From positions 3,819 to 67,818 of the forward strand of contig JAJXYJ010000021.1 of the NCBI GenBank assembly GCA_021780615.1: a DNA stretch of 64,000 nt, read 5' to 3'. Below the pieces are notes generated by a model. It saw nothing but the letters and a program-made list of their open reading frames with translations, searched no databases and was not told the origin of the DNA. Shown here piece by piece: positions 22,001-32,395 of the stretch; the first letter of the stretch is position 1; each line of letters begins with the position of its first letter. The stretch comes from a bacterium. Lineage in GTDB: Bacteria > Patescibacteriota > Minisyncoccia > UBA6257 > JAGOQP01. A program made the position numbers and the translations under genes.

Positions 22001-24667
22001 ATGTCTATGAATAATTTCAATCGATTTACCATAAAAGCGCAGGAAGCGCTTCAAAGTGCACAAGAACTTGCCGGAGAAAAGAATCATGGCGAATTAAAAG
22101 CGGTCCACTTGCTTGCCGCACTGGTGGGGGACACACAATCACTCGTACAACCCATGCTTATGAAGGCAGGTGTTGCGTTAGACGAACTGCAAAAAGAAAT
22201 AGATAAGGATGTTGCGCGCCAGCCAAAATTATTTTCATCACAGCCAACCAACTTGGGACAACTGTACTTATCTCAAGAGTTGTTGCAGGTATTGGATCGG
22301 GCAAACAAAGTGGCACTATCACACAAGGACGAATTTATTTCCTGTGAACATTTATTGGTGGCGCTTACCGATGTGCCGTCATCTGCATCGGGCATATTGG
22401 AACGATTTGGATTTTATAAAGAAACCGCCTTGCGGGTGCTGGACGATTTGCGAGGCGCGTCACGGGTAACCGACGAGATGCCGGAGAATAAATTTCAAGT
22501 GTTGGAAAAATATTCCATAAACCTTACCAAAAAAGCTCGCGAAGGAAAGTTGGATCCGGTTATCGGGCGTGACGAAGAATTGCGTCGCGTCATTCAGGTA
22601 CTTTCCCGCCGTACCAAAAATAATCCCGTACTCATCGGTGAACCAGGTGTCGGAAAGACGGCAATTGTGGAAGGACTTGCGCAACGCATTATTTCCGGCG
22701 AAATTCCCGAGAGTCTTAAGGACAAGGAAATTATTATGCTTGACTTAGGCTCGCTCATTGCGGGCACCAAGTTTCGAGGCGACTTTGAAGATCGGCTCAA
22801 GGCTTTTATGAAAGAAATTCAAGGTTCAGCCGGCAAACTCATTTTATTTATTGATGAAATTCATATGATTGTGGGCGCGGGAGCCGCGGAAGGTGCCATT
22901 GATGCATCTAATTTATTAAAGCCGGCATTGGCACGTGGCGAACTGCGAGCTATTGGTGCCACCACCATCAAAGAGTATCAGCGGTATATTGAAAAAGACG
23001 CGGCTCTTGAACGTCGCTTCCAGCCGATTATGGTGGATGAACCATCCATACCGGACAGTATTGCCATTCTGCGCGGCTTAAAAGAAAAGTATGAATTGCA
23101 CCATGGCATTCGGATTTCTGACGAGGCGATTGTATCGGCAGTAAATTTGTCGGCACGTTATTTGAGTGACCGATTTTTGCCTGATAAGGCAATTGATTTA
23201 GTTGATGAGGCGGCCGCATCGCGAAAACTCGAATCCGACAGTCTCCCCACCGACATTGAAAAAGTTCGTCGCGAAATTACACGACTTGAAATAGAAAAAT
23301 CAGCGCTTGCCAATGAACAGGGGGCAAAAAATAAGGCGCGGCTTGTTGATATTGAAAAGAAATTGACTGTTATGAAGAAGGATACTGATGCGCGCTACAA
23401 CGTATGGAAGACAGAAAAAGAATCATTTGGAAAAATAGGAGAGGTGCGAAGAAATATCGAAGAATTGCGCCGTGAGGCAGAGAGTCAGGAGCGTGATGGA
23501 AACCTGGATCGGGTGGCAAAAATTTTATATGGAGAAATTCCGGCACTGGAAAAAGAACTCGCATCTTTGGAGCGAAAACAGAATGCAAAAGGAAAACAGC
23601 GCAAAGGAGCAATGGGGCAGTCATTTATCAAAGAGGCGGTTGATGAAGAGGATATTGCTCATGTTGTCGCTCGTTGGACAGGCATTCCCGTTTCCAAAAT
23701 GCTTGCATCGGAAAATGAAAAGTTGCTTAAAATTGAAGAGACACTCAAAGAACGGGTCATCGGGCAAGATCACGCCGTCCAAGAGGTTGCGCGCGCACTG
23801 CGACGGGCACGAGCAGGACTTTCGGATGATCAAAAACCGTTAGGATCATTTATGTTTTTAGGGCCAACCGGCGTAGGAAAAACGGAACTTGCACGCGCAC
23901 TCTCCGAATTTATGTTTAACGATGATAAGGCGCTCATTCGTGTTGATATGTCTGAGTTTATGGAAAAGCACGCGGTCTCCAAACTTATCGGTTCTCCTCC
24001 TGGCTACATTGGCTATGAAGAAGGTGGCTATCTTACTGAGCTTATTCGCCACCGGCCCTACAGCCTCATTTTGTTTGATGAAATAGAGAAAGCACATCCC
24101 GAGGTGTTCAATATTTTGTTGCAGGTATTGGATAATGGGAGATTGACGGATGCCAAAGGTAAAACTGCAAACTTTAAAAATAGCATCATCATTCTTACCT
24201 CCAACATCGGCAGTGAATTTTTTGGACAATCAGCATCGCCCATTGGTTTTAAGAGTGCAACCTCAGAAGAAAAGCAGAAAGAAGAGCGCGTTGAGGTGGT
24301 GCGTGAAAGAATTTTAGAAGATCTGAAAGATAATTTCCGGCCGGAATTTCTTAATCGACTTGATGAAATTGTCATTTTTAATCAGTTGACCCACAAAGAC
24401 ATTGAGCGGATTGTGGAAATACAGATTAAAAGTCTTGTTCTTAATAAAATGGAAGATAAGGGGTATCGAGTTGATATTGACGCGGGCGTCAAAAAATTTA
24501 TTGCTCAAGAAGGATTTGATCCCGCATTTGGCGCGCGCCCCATCAAGCGTCTCATCCAAAAACAAATATTGGATAAACTTGCTGATAAAATTATTAAAAA
24601 AGAAATCAATGACCGTAAGAAAGTTCACATCATCTTTAAAACTCCCGACACTATCTCTGTTGCTTAG
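22001..24667 (+). CDS. clpB: Chaperone ClpB
   Basis: Two AAA+ modules ([16 protein letters not shown]) with long coiled-coil M domain. Confidence 0.95.
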   Translation: MSMNNFNRFTIKAQEALQSAQELAGEKNHGELKAVHLLAALVGDTQSLVQPMLMKAGVALDELQKEIDKDVARQPKLFSSQPTNLGQLYLSQELLQVLDRANKVALSHKDEFISCEHLLVALTDVPSSASGILERFGFYKETALRVLDDLRGASRVTDEMPENKFQVLEKYSINLTKKAREGKLDPVIGRDEELRRVIQVLSRRTKNNPVLIGEPGVGKTAIVEGLAQRIISGEIPESLKDKEIIMLDLGSLIAGTKFRGDFEDRLKAFMKEIQGSAGKLILFIDEIHMIVGAGAAEGAIDASNLLKPALARGELRAIGATTIKEYQRYIEKDAALERRFQPIMVDEPSIPDSIAILRGLKEKYELHHGIRISDEAIVSAVNLSARYLSDRFLPDKAIDLVDEAAASRKLESDSLPTDIEKVRREITRLEIEKSALANEQGAKNKARLVDIEKKLTVMKKDTDARYNVWKTEKESFGKIGEVRRNIEELRREAESQERDGNLDRVAKILYGEIPALEKELASLERKQNAKGKQRKGAMGQSFIKEAVDEEDIAHVVARWTGIPVSKMLASENEKLLKIEETLKERVIGQDHAVQEVARALRRARAGLSDDQKPLGSFMFLGPTGVGKTELARALSEFMFNDDKALIRVDMSEFMEKHAVSKLIGSPPGYIGYEEGGYLTELIRHRPYSLILFDEIEKAHPEVFNILLQVLDNGRLTDAKGKTANFKNSIIILTSNIGSEFFGQSASPIGFKSATSEEKQKEERVEVVRERILEDLKDNFRPEFLNRLDEIVIFNQLTHKDIERIVEIQIKSLVLNKMEDKGYRVDIDAGVKKFIAQEGFDPAFGARPIKRLIQKQILDKLADKIIKKEINDRKKVHIIFKTPDTISVA

Positions 24668-25349
24668 CACGCTTATTTTTGCGCTCACGTTGGATATTCT
24701 TCGTGGTGGCGCAAGTGTGTGGAGCATCCTTTTGATTGTTGCTTACGCGGTGTATGTATATGTTACACGGATGAACAGTAGCATCCATGTTCCTGCTCTC
24801 TACGGCGCATTAATTGCATCGGCGATTATTGGCGTTGCCGCAGTGCCGTGGGGTATTGGAGCGGGCGTTGTTATTGCATTTTTCTCTACGCTCTTCTTTT
24901 TGGTGGTAGGTGTTGCATCGTTGCAATTTATTCATCCAAAAATGGCGCTGAGTGTTTTTTTCTATCTTGTATTATTTGCGATATGCGTATATGCCAGTTC
25001 ATATAGTATTCCTGTTGCATCGATTCTTACGCCGTTCGTATTGTATGTAGTGCTGTATGCACTGACAAAAGAATATGTGCGTTTTATGCAGGGAGCATGG
25101 AATGCGCGCTTGCGGGTATTTTCCGTGGGGCTTTCGTTGTTGACGGCGGAAGTATTGTGGGCTGGCTCGTTGATTTCCATTGGATTCTTAAACGTCGCCG
25201 CATTAACATTGGTATTTTTTATCACGTTTTTGGATACGATGATGCAGGTGTATGACGGATCACTGACCAAACAGGTGGTGTATAAGAATGCGGCGTTATT
25301 CGGTGTATGTGCCTGTGCGCTGGTGGTAGTTCCCGTACTCATGGGGTAG
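24609..25349 (+). CDS. Multi-pass membrane protein
   Basis: About 8 hydrophobic segments; probable start overlaps the clpB 3' end. Confidence 0.7.
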   Translation: MTVRKFTSSLKLPTLSLLLSTLIFALTLDILRGGASVWSILLIVAYAVYVYVTRMNSSIHVPALYGALIASAIIGVAAVPWGIGAGVVIAFFSTLFFLVVGVASLQFIHPKMALSVFFYLVLFAICVYASSYSIPVASILTPFVLYVVLYALTKEYVRFMQGAWNARLRVFSVGLSLLTAEVLWAGSLISIGFLNVAALTLVFFITFLDTMMQVYDGSLTKQVVYKNAALFGVCACALVVVPVLMG

Positions 25350-25475
25350 ACATAGTTGAGAGTTATGCAGTTTGTAAGGTTGCAAGGAATGAGTGTGATT
25401 ATTGATAATCGTCTAATATTTTTCAGTTCCCAAAATTTCCAGTGATTTTATATATCAGAAGAGATATTCTTTATT

Positions 25476-25964
25476 ATGAAAAAAGAGTCTATAAAAATAA
25501 TAAGCTCTTCAGCTCTTATGACGCAAAAAATGGCGCAAGAGATTGCGGATCAGATTGCAAAAAGTTCTTTACCTCGCACGATTTTATTGCAGGGCGATTT
25601 GGGGGCGGGCAAGACCACCTTTAGTAAAGGATTTTTGAAATATTTTGGCATAAAGCCATCTGCGGCGAGCCCCACGTTTGTTATCATGAAGCGGTACACT
25701 ACCCGCCTTCGCCAAGGCTCTGGTGGGCAAGTGAAGAATAAAGCGAAGGTACAAAACATATATCACATAGACGCGTATCGCTTGAAATCAAAAGAGGATT
25801 TAGCGCTCATTGGATTTGCCGACGCGCAAAAAGACACGCACGGCATCACGATCATTGAATGGCCCGAAAAAATAACAGGGGCGCGCTTTGTGCGGCCCCT
25901 ATCCATACGGTTTGCGTATGGGGAAAAAGAAAGTGAACGGATCTTGGAGATTTGTTCGTCATAA
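25476..25964 (+). CDS. tsaE: t6A biosynthesis ATPase TsaE with in-frame REP-like insert
   Basis: GDLGAGKTT, SPTF, HIDAYRL, IEWP; extra RLRQGSGGQV from 25702-25731. Confidence 0.95.
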   Translation: MKKESIKIISSSALMTQKMAQEIADQIAKSSLPRTILLQGDLGAGKTTFSKGFLKYFGIKPSAASPTFVIMKRYTTRLRQGSGGQVKNKAKVQNIYHIDAYRLKSKEDLALIGFADAQKDTHGITIIEWPEKITGARFVRPLSIRFAYGEKESERILEICSS

Positions 25965-25998
25965 TCGATGTATAATATATTTTCAATCAACTTATTAT

Positions 25999-26080
25999 TG
26001 TCATTCCGATCTCGATCATATCGGGAGAGGAATCTCATTATGCGCGCCGCAGATTCTTCGGCTCACGCCTCAGAATGACA
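25999..26080. repeat. REPIN/MITE-like element with TGTCATTC...GAATGACA ends
   Basis: 8-bp terminal inverted repeat plus internal GAATCT/AGATTC pair. Confidence 0.7.
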
Positions 26081-26133
26081 TGATAAAAATAAGAACCCCT
26101 GCAAAAGCAGGGGTTTTGTGTGCAACGCAAAAA

Positions 26134-26670
26134 TTATTTTTTAGAAACCTTTTTCCATTCTCCGCCGAATTCTATGGAAAATATTTTCGGACTGGGGAAG
26201 GATTCATATCTGAATGGGATGCTGGGATGCTCGACACCTGCGGAAGAAAGTAGATCGGCGAAATCGTACAGAAGTATTGCTCCCGATGTGATGTGCCAGC
26301 TGCCGCAAATCGACAGTATTTGGAATTGGATGGATGACCCACTTCCCCATCCCACAGGATGTATGGTTGCCTGATACCCTTCCGATTTTTCGTCTAACTC
26401 AATGTCGATTCCTTTGCCATTTGATAGGATGGGAAATATTTTTCCCCATATCTCCCAGTCTCCTTTTTCTTCTAATTCTACCTCAAGAATCATTAAAAAG
26501 GCGATTATAGCAAGATCGATTGCATGAAGTTCTCTTTTTGTCTTCACGACAAACCTCCCGGGCTTCGCGCCCAATATTGTTTTTGAATATATTTTAATTA
26601 TCAAGGAACAACTGTTCCTCTTTTGAAGACACAACGTGGTTATATCCTCAAAAAGGGAAGGTTGCGGCAA
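26134..26670 (-). CDS. Hypothetical protein
   Basis: 178-aa ORF co-oriented with upstream lipoprotein-like gene; no recognised motif. Confidence 0.5.
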   Translation of the reverse strand: MPQPSLFEDITTLCLQKRNSCSLIIKIYSKTILGAKPGRFVVKTKRELHAIDLAIIAFLMILEVELEEKGDWEIWGKIFPILSNGKGIDIELDEKSEGYQATIHPVGWGSGSSIQFQILSICGSWHITSGAILLYDFADLLSSAGVEHPSIPFRYESFPSPKIFSIEFGGEWKKVSKK

Positions 26671-26698
26671 TCTTTAAAAATCACCGCAACCTAAAAAC

Positions 26699-27109
26699 TT
26701 ACATCATGAATCTCGCGTTCAACTCCTCCGTGTTCAGATTGAAGTAGAAGAACGTGTTTTTATCGATAATCCATGTCTCAGTACGGGTGTACTGCGTATA
26801 GAAATAGAAATCTCTATACGTCGCCTTCCCATCGCTCTCGCGGATGAGGGTGATATTGGTGTTTAAGTTCGCTCCCCAATTGGAGTACCCACCAAACACC
26901 GACAATGTGTACCTTCCGTAGGGGGGGATGACTGCCTTTTTGCACCCATTGGCGTACATGTCTATTGTTTCATTAGTTTCGTTTACCAGGAATAATTTAC
27001 TGGTGTAGAAACCAACGCCATTTGTTGTGGTAAGTGTGAAACACCCTTCGACAGAAATCATAATCGCAACTACTGCCAAAACAACAAACAAACCTTTTAA
27101 ACTCTTCAT
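26699..27109 (-). CDS. Putative lipoprotein
   Basis: Signal peptide ending VEG-C, AGGAG RBS, perfect TTGACA-17-TATAAT promoter at 27196-27168. Confidence 0.7.
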   Translation of the reverse strand: MKSLKGLFVVLAVVAIMISVEGCFTLTTTNGVGFYTSKLFLVNETNETIDMYANGCKKAVIPPYGRYTLSVFGGYSNWGANLNTNITLIRESDGKATYRDFYFYTQYTRTETWIIDKNTFFYFNLNTEELNARFMM

Positions 27110-27262
27110 TTCTAACTCCTATATATTTTTTTTGAGAGAACTATTGATTTACTTTTTTAACACTCTAATTATACCATAATTCAATACTAGTGTCAATTAT
27201 CAGTCGGTAAGCATTCATGCGGTATTTCTTTGTTTTTATGACTGCGGTATACTATAACCATT

Positions 27263-28948
27263 ATGCCCGTAGGATCTTCTCAACAACAGGATTTACATGA
27301 TCAACTCGTCAAAATGAAGCGCGATGCCGAAGAACGCGATGCGCAGCGGCGGGCGCAAGGGCATGGGCACGTGTATCTGCCTCCCGAAAAGGTGTCGGTG
27401 AGCCTTGATGCATTAGGCTTGCTTGATGAGCACACAGCTCGGGAAGGGCATTGTGCATTGATTGCCATTAAAGATAAAAAGGTGGCGCTCGTTGCCTACG
27501 ATGAACAATATTCAAAAACAAAAGAAGTTATCGCACACCTGGAAAAAGATGGGTACACATTGGTTATCTATATTGTCTCGTTGAGTTCTTTGGAGTATGC
27601 ATTAGGATTTTATCGGTTTGTTGCCGCAAGCCGGACCGCTATCAGTGGATCGGTACGAGTGGGGATGGAAGATCATGATGTGACTACCGTTGAACATCTT
27701 GACTCACTTCCCAAGGTGTCTGATGCCATACGAGCAAACAGTGATGCGGGAAAAATTTCCCAATTGATGGAAACTATTCTTATGGGAGCGATTGCCAACC
27801 GCGCCTCAGATATTCACATTGAACCAACGCAAAAAGGAGCAAAAGTTCGCTATCGCATTGATGGACTTTTAAATGATGCCTATAACGGTTTGTCGTTGGC
27901 ATTATATCGTCCGGTTATTTCACGCATCAAACTCCTTTCTAACCTCAAAATTAATATTCGCGACGAAGCACAAGATGGCAGATTTACCATCAATCTTTTA
28001 AAAAAGAATATTGAAGTTCGTGTCGCCATTGCGCCATCCGAATATGGCGAAGTAGCAGTGATGCGTATTCTGGACCCCGATGCTATTTCTTTGCAACTTT
28101 CTGATTTGGGTATTCGCGCCGATGATTTGGTTATTATTCAAGATCAACTCAAGCGCCCCAATGGCATGGCGCTCAATACCGGACCTACTGGATCGGGAAA
28201 GACCACGACACTCTATGCATTCCTCAAACATCGACTCACCTCTGATGTGAAAATCATCACCATTGAAGATCCAATTGAATACCACCTCGACGGTATTGAG
28301 CAGACGCAGGTAGATAACGCCGCAAACTATACATTTGCGTTGGGCCTGCGTTCACTGATGCGGCAAGATCCTGATATTATTTTAGTGGGAGAAATTCGCG
28401 ACAAAGAAACGGCAGAAATCGCCGTGCAGGCGGCACTGACCGGGCACTTGGTATTTTCCACCGTGCATGCTAACGAAGCGGCAGGAGGTATTGCACGCTT
28501 GCTGGATTTGGGGGTAAAAGCAAACAGTCTTGCACCGGCACTCAATCTGCTTATTGCACAGCGGCTCGTGCGACGATTATGTCCGCATTGTAAGGTGGCA
28601 CACGATGATCCTGATACAAATAAAAAATTGCAGGATTTTATTGAGCGTTTGCCTAACCGCGTTGATAAAAAAGCATACGCAGAACATATAACAGTCTTTG
28701 AGCCGAAAGGGTGTGAACAGTGCAACGGCACTGGCTATCGAGGCCGCGTGGGAGTCTATGAGCTTTTAGTGGTTACCCCCACCATTCAAGAATTAATATC
28801 TAAAAATGCAGGACAGATAGAAATTTTAGCTGAGGTGGAAAAAGGAGATTTTGTCTCCATGCAGGATGACGGTATATTAAAAATCGCATCGGGTATGACA
28901 ACGTTTGAGGAAGTGGAGGAAACGACGGGGAAAATTATGTGGAGATGA
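27263..28948 (+). CDS. pilB: Type IV pilus/T2SS assembly ATPase (PilB/GspE)
   Basis: ASDIHIEP, GPTGSGKTTT, TIEDPIEY, RQDPDIILVGEIRD, CxxC pairs. Confidence 0.92.
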   Translation: MPVGSSQQQDLHDQLVKMKRDAEERDAQRRAQGHGHVYLPPEKVSVSLDALGLLDEHTAREGHCALIAIKDKKVALVAYDEQYSKTKEVIAHLEKDGYTLVIYIVSLSSLEYALGFYRFVAASRTAISGSVRVGMEDHDVTTVEHLDSLPKVSDAIRANSDAGKISQLMETILMGAIANRASDIHIEPTQKGAKVRYRIDGLLNDAYNGLSLALYRPVISRIKLLSNLKINIRDEAQDGRFTINLLKKNIEVRVAIAPSEYGEVAVMRILDPDAISLQLSDLGIRADDLVIIQDQLKRPNGMALNTGPTGSGKTTTLYAFLKHRLTSDVKIITIEDPIEYHLDGIEQTQVDNAANYTFALGLRSLMRQDPDIILVGEIRDKETAEIAVQAALTGHLVFSTVHANEAAGGIARLLDLGVKANSLAPALNLLIAQRLVRRLCPHCKVAHDDPDTNKKLQDFIERLPNRVDKKAYAEHITVFEPKGCEQCNGTGYRGRVGVYELLVVTPTIQELISKNAGQIEILAEVEKGDFVSMQDDGILKIASGMTTFEEVEETTGKIMWR

Positions 28949-28949
28949 T

Positions 28950-29025
28950 TTTACTAATGATCAATTTTCAGTTTTCAATTGATTAATTTTAAAATTTTAA
29001 ATTAAGATTTGATTTCAAATTTTCA
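28950..29025. repeat. AT-rich heptamer hairpin element
   Basis: AATGATC AATTTTC AGTTTTC AATTGAT arms; ends just before ATG 29028. Confidence 0.6.
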
Positions 29026-29027
29026 CC

Positions 29028-30071
29028 ATGTCCGAGTCTTTTCTCAAACACCAAGATAGTCTTATCGCCACAGGCAAGGAGCTTGCTTATGGGGAAATCT
29101 CGCCGCAGGAGGCGCAGGAGATTGAAGTACTGCAGATGTATAAGGCGCAGATCATGGACGAATTGCATGATGATTTAGCCGCCATTGATGCGGGTGAGGG
29201 TACTATCCGTGGGCAAGGGCGCATCAATCGCGATGCGATATACGACGCCAAGCATGATTCTTTTTTTGTTGATTGCGAGGGGAAGTTGGGAATGGCGACA
29301 CTGGGGGACCTTATCGCCGATGTGGCGCTGGGATGTGAGTACTCCCTGTCTCTTCATGCGGTTCCTCGCGAAAAGGCGAAGTTGTATGCCGTTGAGCGAT
29401 CTAAAACGCATTTGAATCAACTGCTGAATCGCCAATTAGCGTTGCAGGAATATGATGTGGCGATGCAAGAAGAACATGAAACGCGAGCAAAACATTTTGC
29501 TCAGGCACAGGAGGAATTGAACGCAAAAGAAAAAGGCACAGAAGCGCACGTGGGGAAATTATTTGAACAGGACATCATTCATCTGCTCAAAGAGGTGCAG
29601 TATGATCTTTCCCATATGGGCATCTCGGTGCAGGAGGCAAATATTGTGCAAGACATGGATGAAAAAATTGATTTTGTGGTGCAGGTTGAAGACAGACATC
29701 GCGGAGTAGGAGTGCGGGAAACTACCGCTGAACCAAAAACGCAATCTCTTTTTGGTATACAGTTTACGATCAATGCACAGGAAGATGTACGGCAGAAAAA
29801 GGAACGGCAAATTAAGCAAAGCAAAGAACATGGCCTTAAAAGCAAAGTGGATGATATTCTTTTGGTGACAGTGCCGATTGGCTGTGGAGAAATAAAGGCG
29901 GCACATGCCCAGTGGTACGCGCAGGGATGTCCTCCTGGTGGTCCCAGTAAACTCTATGCCGCGCAGGTGAAAGTGGGTCTTCTTGAAAAAATTATGGAAA
30001 AAATGGGAGCGAAGGGTACCATGGAAGAAAAGAAGGGGAAGATGGAGGAATGCTTCAACGCGAAACACTAA
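29028..30071 (+). CDS. Hypothetical protein, possible PD-(D/E)XK-like C-terminal domain
   Basis: 347-aa ORF with DMDEKIDF...GIQFT pattern. Confidence 0.6.
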   Translation: MSESFLKHQDSLIATGKELAYGEISPQEAQEIEVLQMYKAQIMDELHDDLAAIDAGEGTIRGQGRINRDAIYDAKHDSFFVDCEGKLGMATLGDLIADVALGCEYSLSLHAVPREKAKLYAVERSKTHLNQLLNRQLALQEYDVAMQEEHETRAKHFAQAQEELNAKEKGTEAHVGKLFEQDIIHLLKEVQYDLSHMGISVQEANIVQDMDEKIDFVVQVEDRHRGVGVRETTAEPKTQSLFGIQFTINAQEDVRQKKERQIKQSKEHGLKSKVDDILLVTVPIGCGEIKAAHAQWYAQGCPPGGPSKLYAAQVKVGLLEKIMEKMGAKGTMEEKKGKMEECFNAKH

Positions 30072-30241
30072 AGTATTTTACAGTTTACATTTTACAATCC
30101 ATCTTGGTTGGAAATAAAAAAGCCGCATGTCCACCAGGCATGCGGTTAATCTTTTTATATGCGCCGCGTAAAGGCGAAAGATTATAAAACCTTATCGCGG
30201 CAAGAGTATGAATTTCAACACGAATCACTCCTGTATTGTTT

Positions 30242-30514
30242 CTAAGTAGAAAAAAATTTGTGCCATCTGATGCCCAGAGTTATACAAAAACCGGAAATCA
30301 CAAACAGCATGATATCTAAGGGTATGATGGTAATGGGAGAATAGCGGCGAGTAGCAGCGATTAGTAAGAATATCAGTATAAAGAGTACTGCCGTTGCGCT
30401 GTATCTGACCAGCTCATATTTTTCCTTAATGAGCGTAGCGATACCTGATCCGAGAAGAATATACATCAATCCTATTATCGCCAGTATTGCTATTTCGATT
30501 TGGTTTGTAAACAC
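30242..30514 (-). CDS. Small 3-TM membrane protein
   Basis: GTG start with GAGGAGG RBS; three hydrophobic segments. Confidence 0.65.
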   Translation of the reverse strand: MFTNQIEIAILAIIGLMYILLGSGIATLIKEKYELVRYSATAVLFILIFLLIAATRRYSPITIIPLDIMLFVISGFCITLGIRWHKFFST

Positions 30515-30552
30515 GAATCCTCCTCAATTTATTTTGAAATATTATTTATTTA

Positions 30553-30699
30553 ATCGTCCGGTACTGTGGACAACTGTGTGGATGTAGCCCCTGATAACTA
30601 TCAAAAGCATGTAGAATATTTCAGAGGAACGTTCGAGCCGGAACCAAAACGCCCTGAGCATAGAAAAATTCCGAAAGTTTGTCCACAGAACTGGACGAT
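30553..30699. repeat. 147-bp element with 21-bp terminal inverted repeats
   Basis: ATCGTCCGGTACTGTGGACAA vs reverse complement of TTGTCCACAGAACTGGACGAT, 19/21 identical. Confidence 0.7.
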
Positions 30700-30935
30700 C
30701 ACGTGTTATAAAAGGACAGCTATCATGTAAATACTATAGCATACTATACTAAATAAGTCAAGGTCTTTACGGGTTAGGGTGAATATCGCTTGGTTTTTTA
30801 AAAAAACGCCATAATAATACCCCTTCCTTGCCATGCGGGGTATCGCCCGAGTATCACTTGTATGTGCACTTTACGACATCTTTTCGTAAAGGCTTTTTTG
30901 TGATACAGTACACCATACTACTACACCGCGATTAT

Positions 30936-31961
30936 ATGTCAAGTGGAAAAAAAGAGCCCGAAAAAACATCATTTTTCACCCCTTCCAAAGAAGACGTGTC
31001 GCTGGATACGCTCTTGCGGCCAACAACATTTAATGAGTATGTGGGGCAGGAAAAGATAAAACGCAATTTGCAGACTATTATTGAGGCGGCCCACGGTCGC
31101 CATGAAGTTATTGATCATCTCCTGCTGTATGGGCAAGCGGGATTGGGTAAGACAACTTTAGCAACACTGATTGCCCGCGAGATGCATGCGACCATCAGAA
31201 CAACAACGGGGCCGGCGATTGAAAAGGCGGCGGACTTGGCAACAATTTTATCGGGTCTTGAAGAAGGGGATATACTTTTTATAGATGAAATTCATCGTCT
31301 CAATCGGATGATTGAAGAAATGTTATATCCTGCAATGGAATCGCGTTCATTGCACGTGGTTATCGGCAAAGGACCTGCGGCGCGGATGATTTCCATTGAT
31401 TTGCCGCCCTTCACGCTCATTGCGGCAACAACGCGCATTGGACTTCTTTCGTCTCCACTTCGTTCTCGGTTTGGCGCAACATTTCGGATTGATTACTACG
31501 CTCCTCAGGATATGCGCAACATCATTGAACGTTCGGCGCGTATTTTAGGAATGGCCATGGATCAAGAGGCAGTTGCCATTATTGCTCAAGCAGCTCGTTC
31601 AACGCCTCGTACAGCTAATCGCTTATTGCGTCGCGTGCGCGATGTGGCACAGGTATCCAAAGTTGCGCGCATTGACGCGGCGCTGGCAGGTCATGCGCTT
31701 GCGATGTTTGACATCGATGCCATTGGCCTCGAAGAACATGATCGGCGTCTGCTTTCCATTATTATAGAAAAATTTAAAGGAGGTCCTGTAGGGCTTTCCA
31801 CGCTTGCCGCGGCATTGGGGGAGGATAAGGGAACCATTGAAGATGTCTATGAACCGTATTTAATGAAGGCGGGACTTTTAATGCGTACCAGTGGTGGCCG
31901 CGTGGCAACCGATGCGGCATACACACACCTTGGTTTAAAAAATATGAGTGTAAAAAAATGA
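30936..31961 (+). CDS. ruvB: Holliday junction helicase RuvB
   Basis: LRP..EYVGQ, GQAGLGKTT, DEIHRL, PLRSRFG, YEPYL. Confidence 0.97.
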   Translation: MSSGKKEPEKTSFFTPSKEDVSLDTLLRPTTFNEYVGQEKIKRNLQTIIEAAHGRHEVIDHLLLYGQAGLGKTTLATLIAREMHATIRTTTGPAIEKAADLATILSGLEEGDILFIDEIHRLNRMIEEMLYPAMESRSLHVVIGKGPAARMISIDLPPFTLIAATTRIGLLSSPLRSRFGATFRIDYYAPQDMRNIIERSARILGMAMDQEAVAIIAQAARSTPRTANRLLRRVRDVAQVSKVARIDAALAGHALAMFDIDAIGLEEHDRRLLSIIIEKFKGGPVGLSTLAAALGEDKGTIEDVYEPYLMKAGLLMRTSGGRVATDAAYTHLGLKNMSVKK

Positions 31962-32008
31962 GCCGTCCCAAGGAGGAAAACGGCTCTTGTGCACAGGCTC
32001 GGAAAAAT

Positions 32009-32227
32009 TTAGGAGTATTCATGGTTATGGTATGCTATAAACAGCATACCTCTGATAATGTGACGTGGAGAGGATAATACCTCTCTCTTTTTTTTAAGAT
32101 GAGATACAGCGAAGGATAATTCCTTCAATAAACCTATGTACTCATGAATGTTGATACGCTCGTTGACAGCCCATGTGTCAAGTCTTGTGAGCACCGCCTG
32201 CACTGATTCAAATGGTATCATATCCAC
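32009..32227 (-). CDS. Small hypothetical protein
   Basis: 72-aa ORF with purine-rich RBS-like upstream sequence. Confidence 0.35.
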   Translation of the reverse strand: MDMIPFESVQAVLTRLDTWAVNERINIHEYIGLLKELSFAVSHLKKKREVLSSPRHIIRGMLFIAYHNHEYS

Positions 32228-32395
32228 CTCTCTTTAATTAATAAAGAAATTTTAAATGTATATCCCTATTCTACCTATATTAACTTGTAAGGGTGCTACA
32301 TGAATAGTATACACCAGTTATGATTTTATATCATAGACTACAAAAAATGAGGTATAACGAGTATACTATGCACTATATCAGATACATATTTGTCT

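Noticed and set aside
30553-30699. Replication origin
   Set aside because: Only two or three DnaA-box-like sites, explained by the inverted repeat; no dnaA or dnaN nearby.
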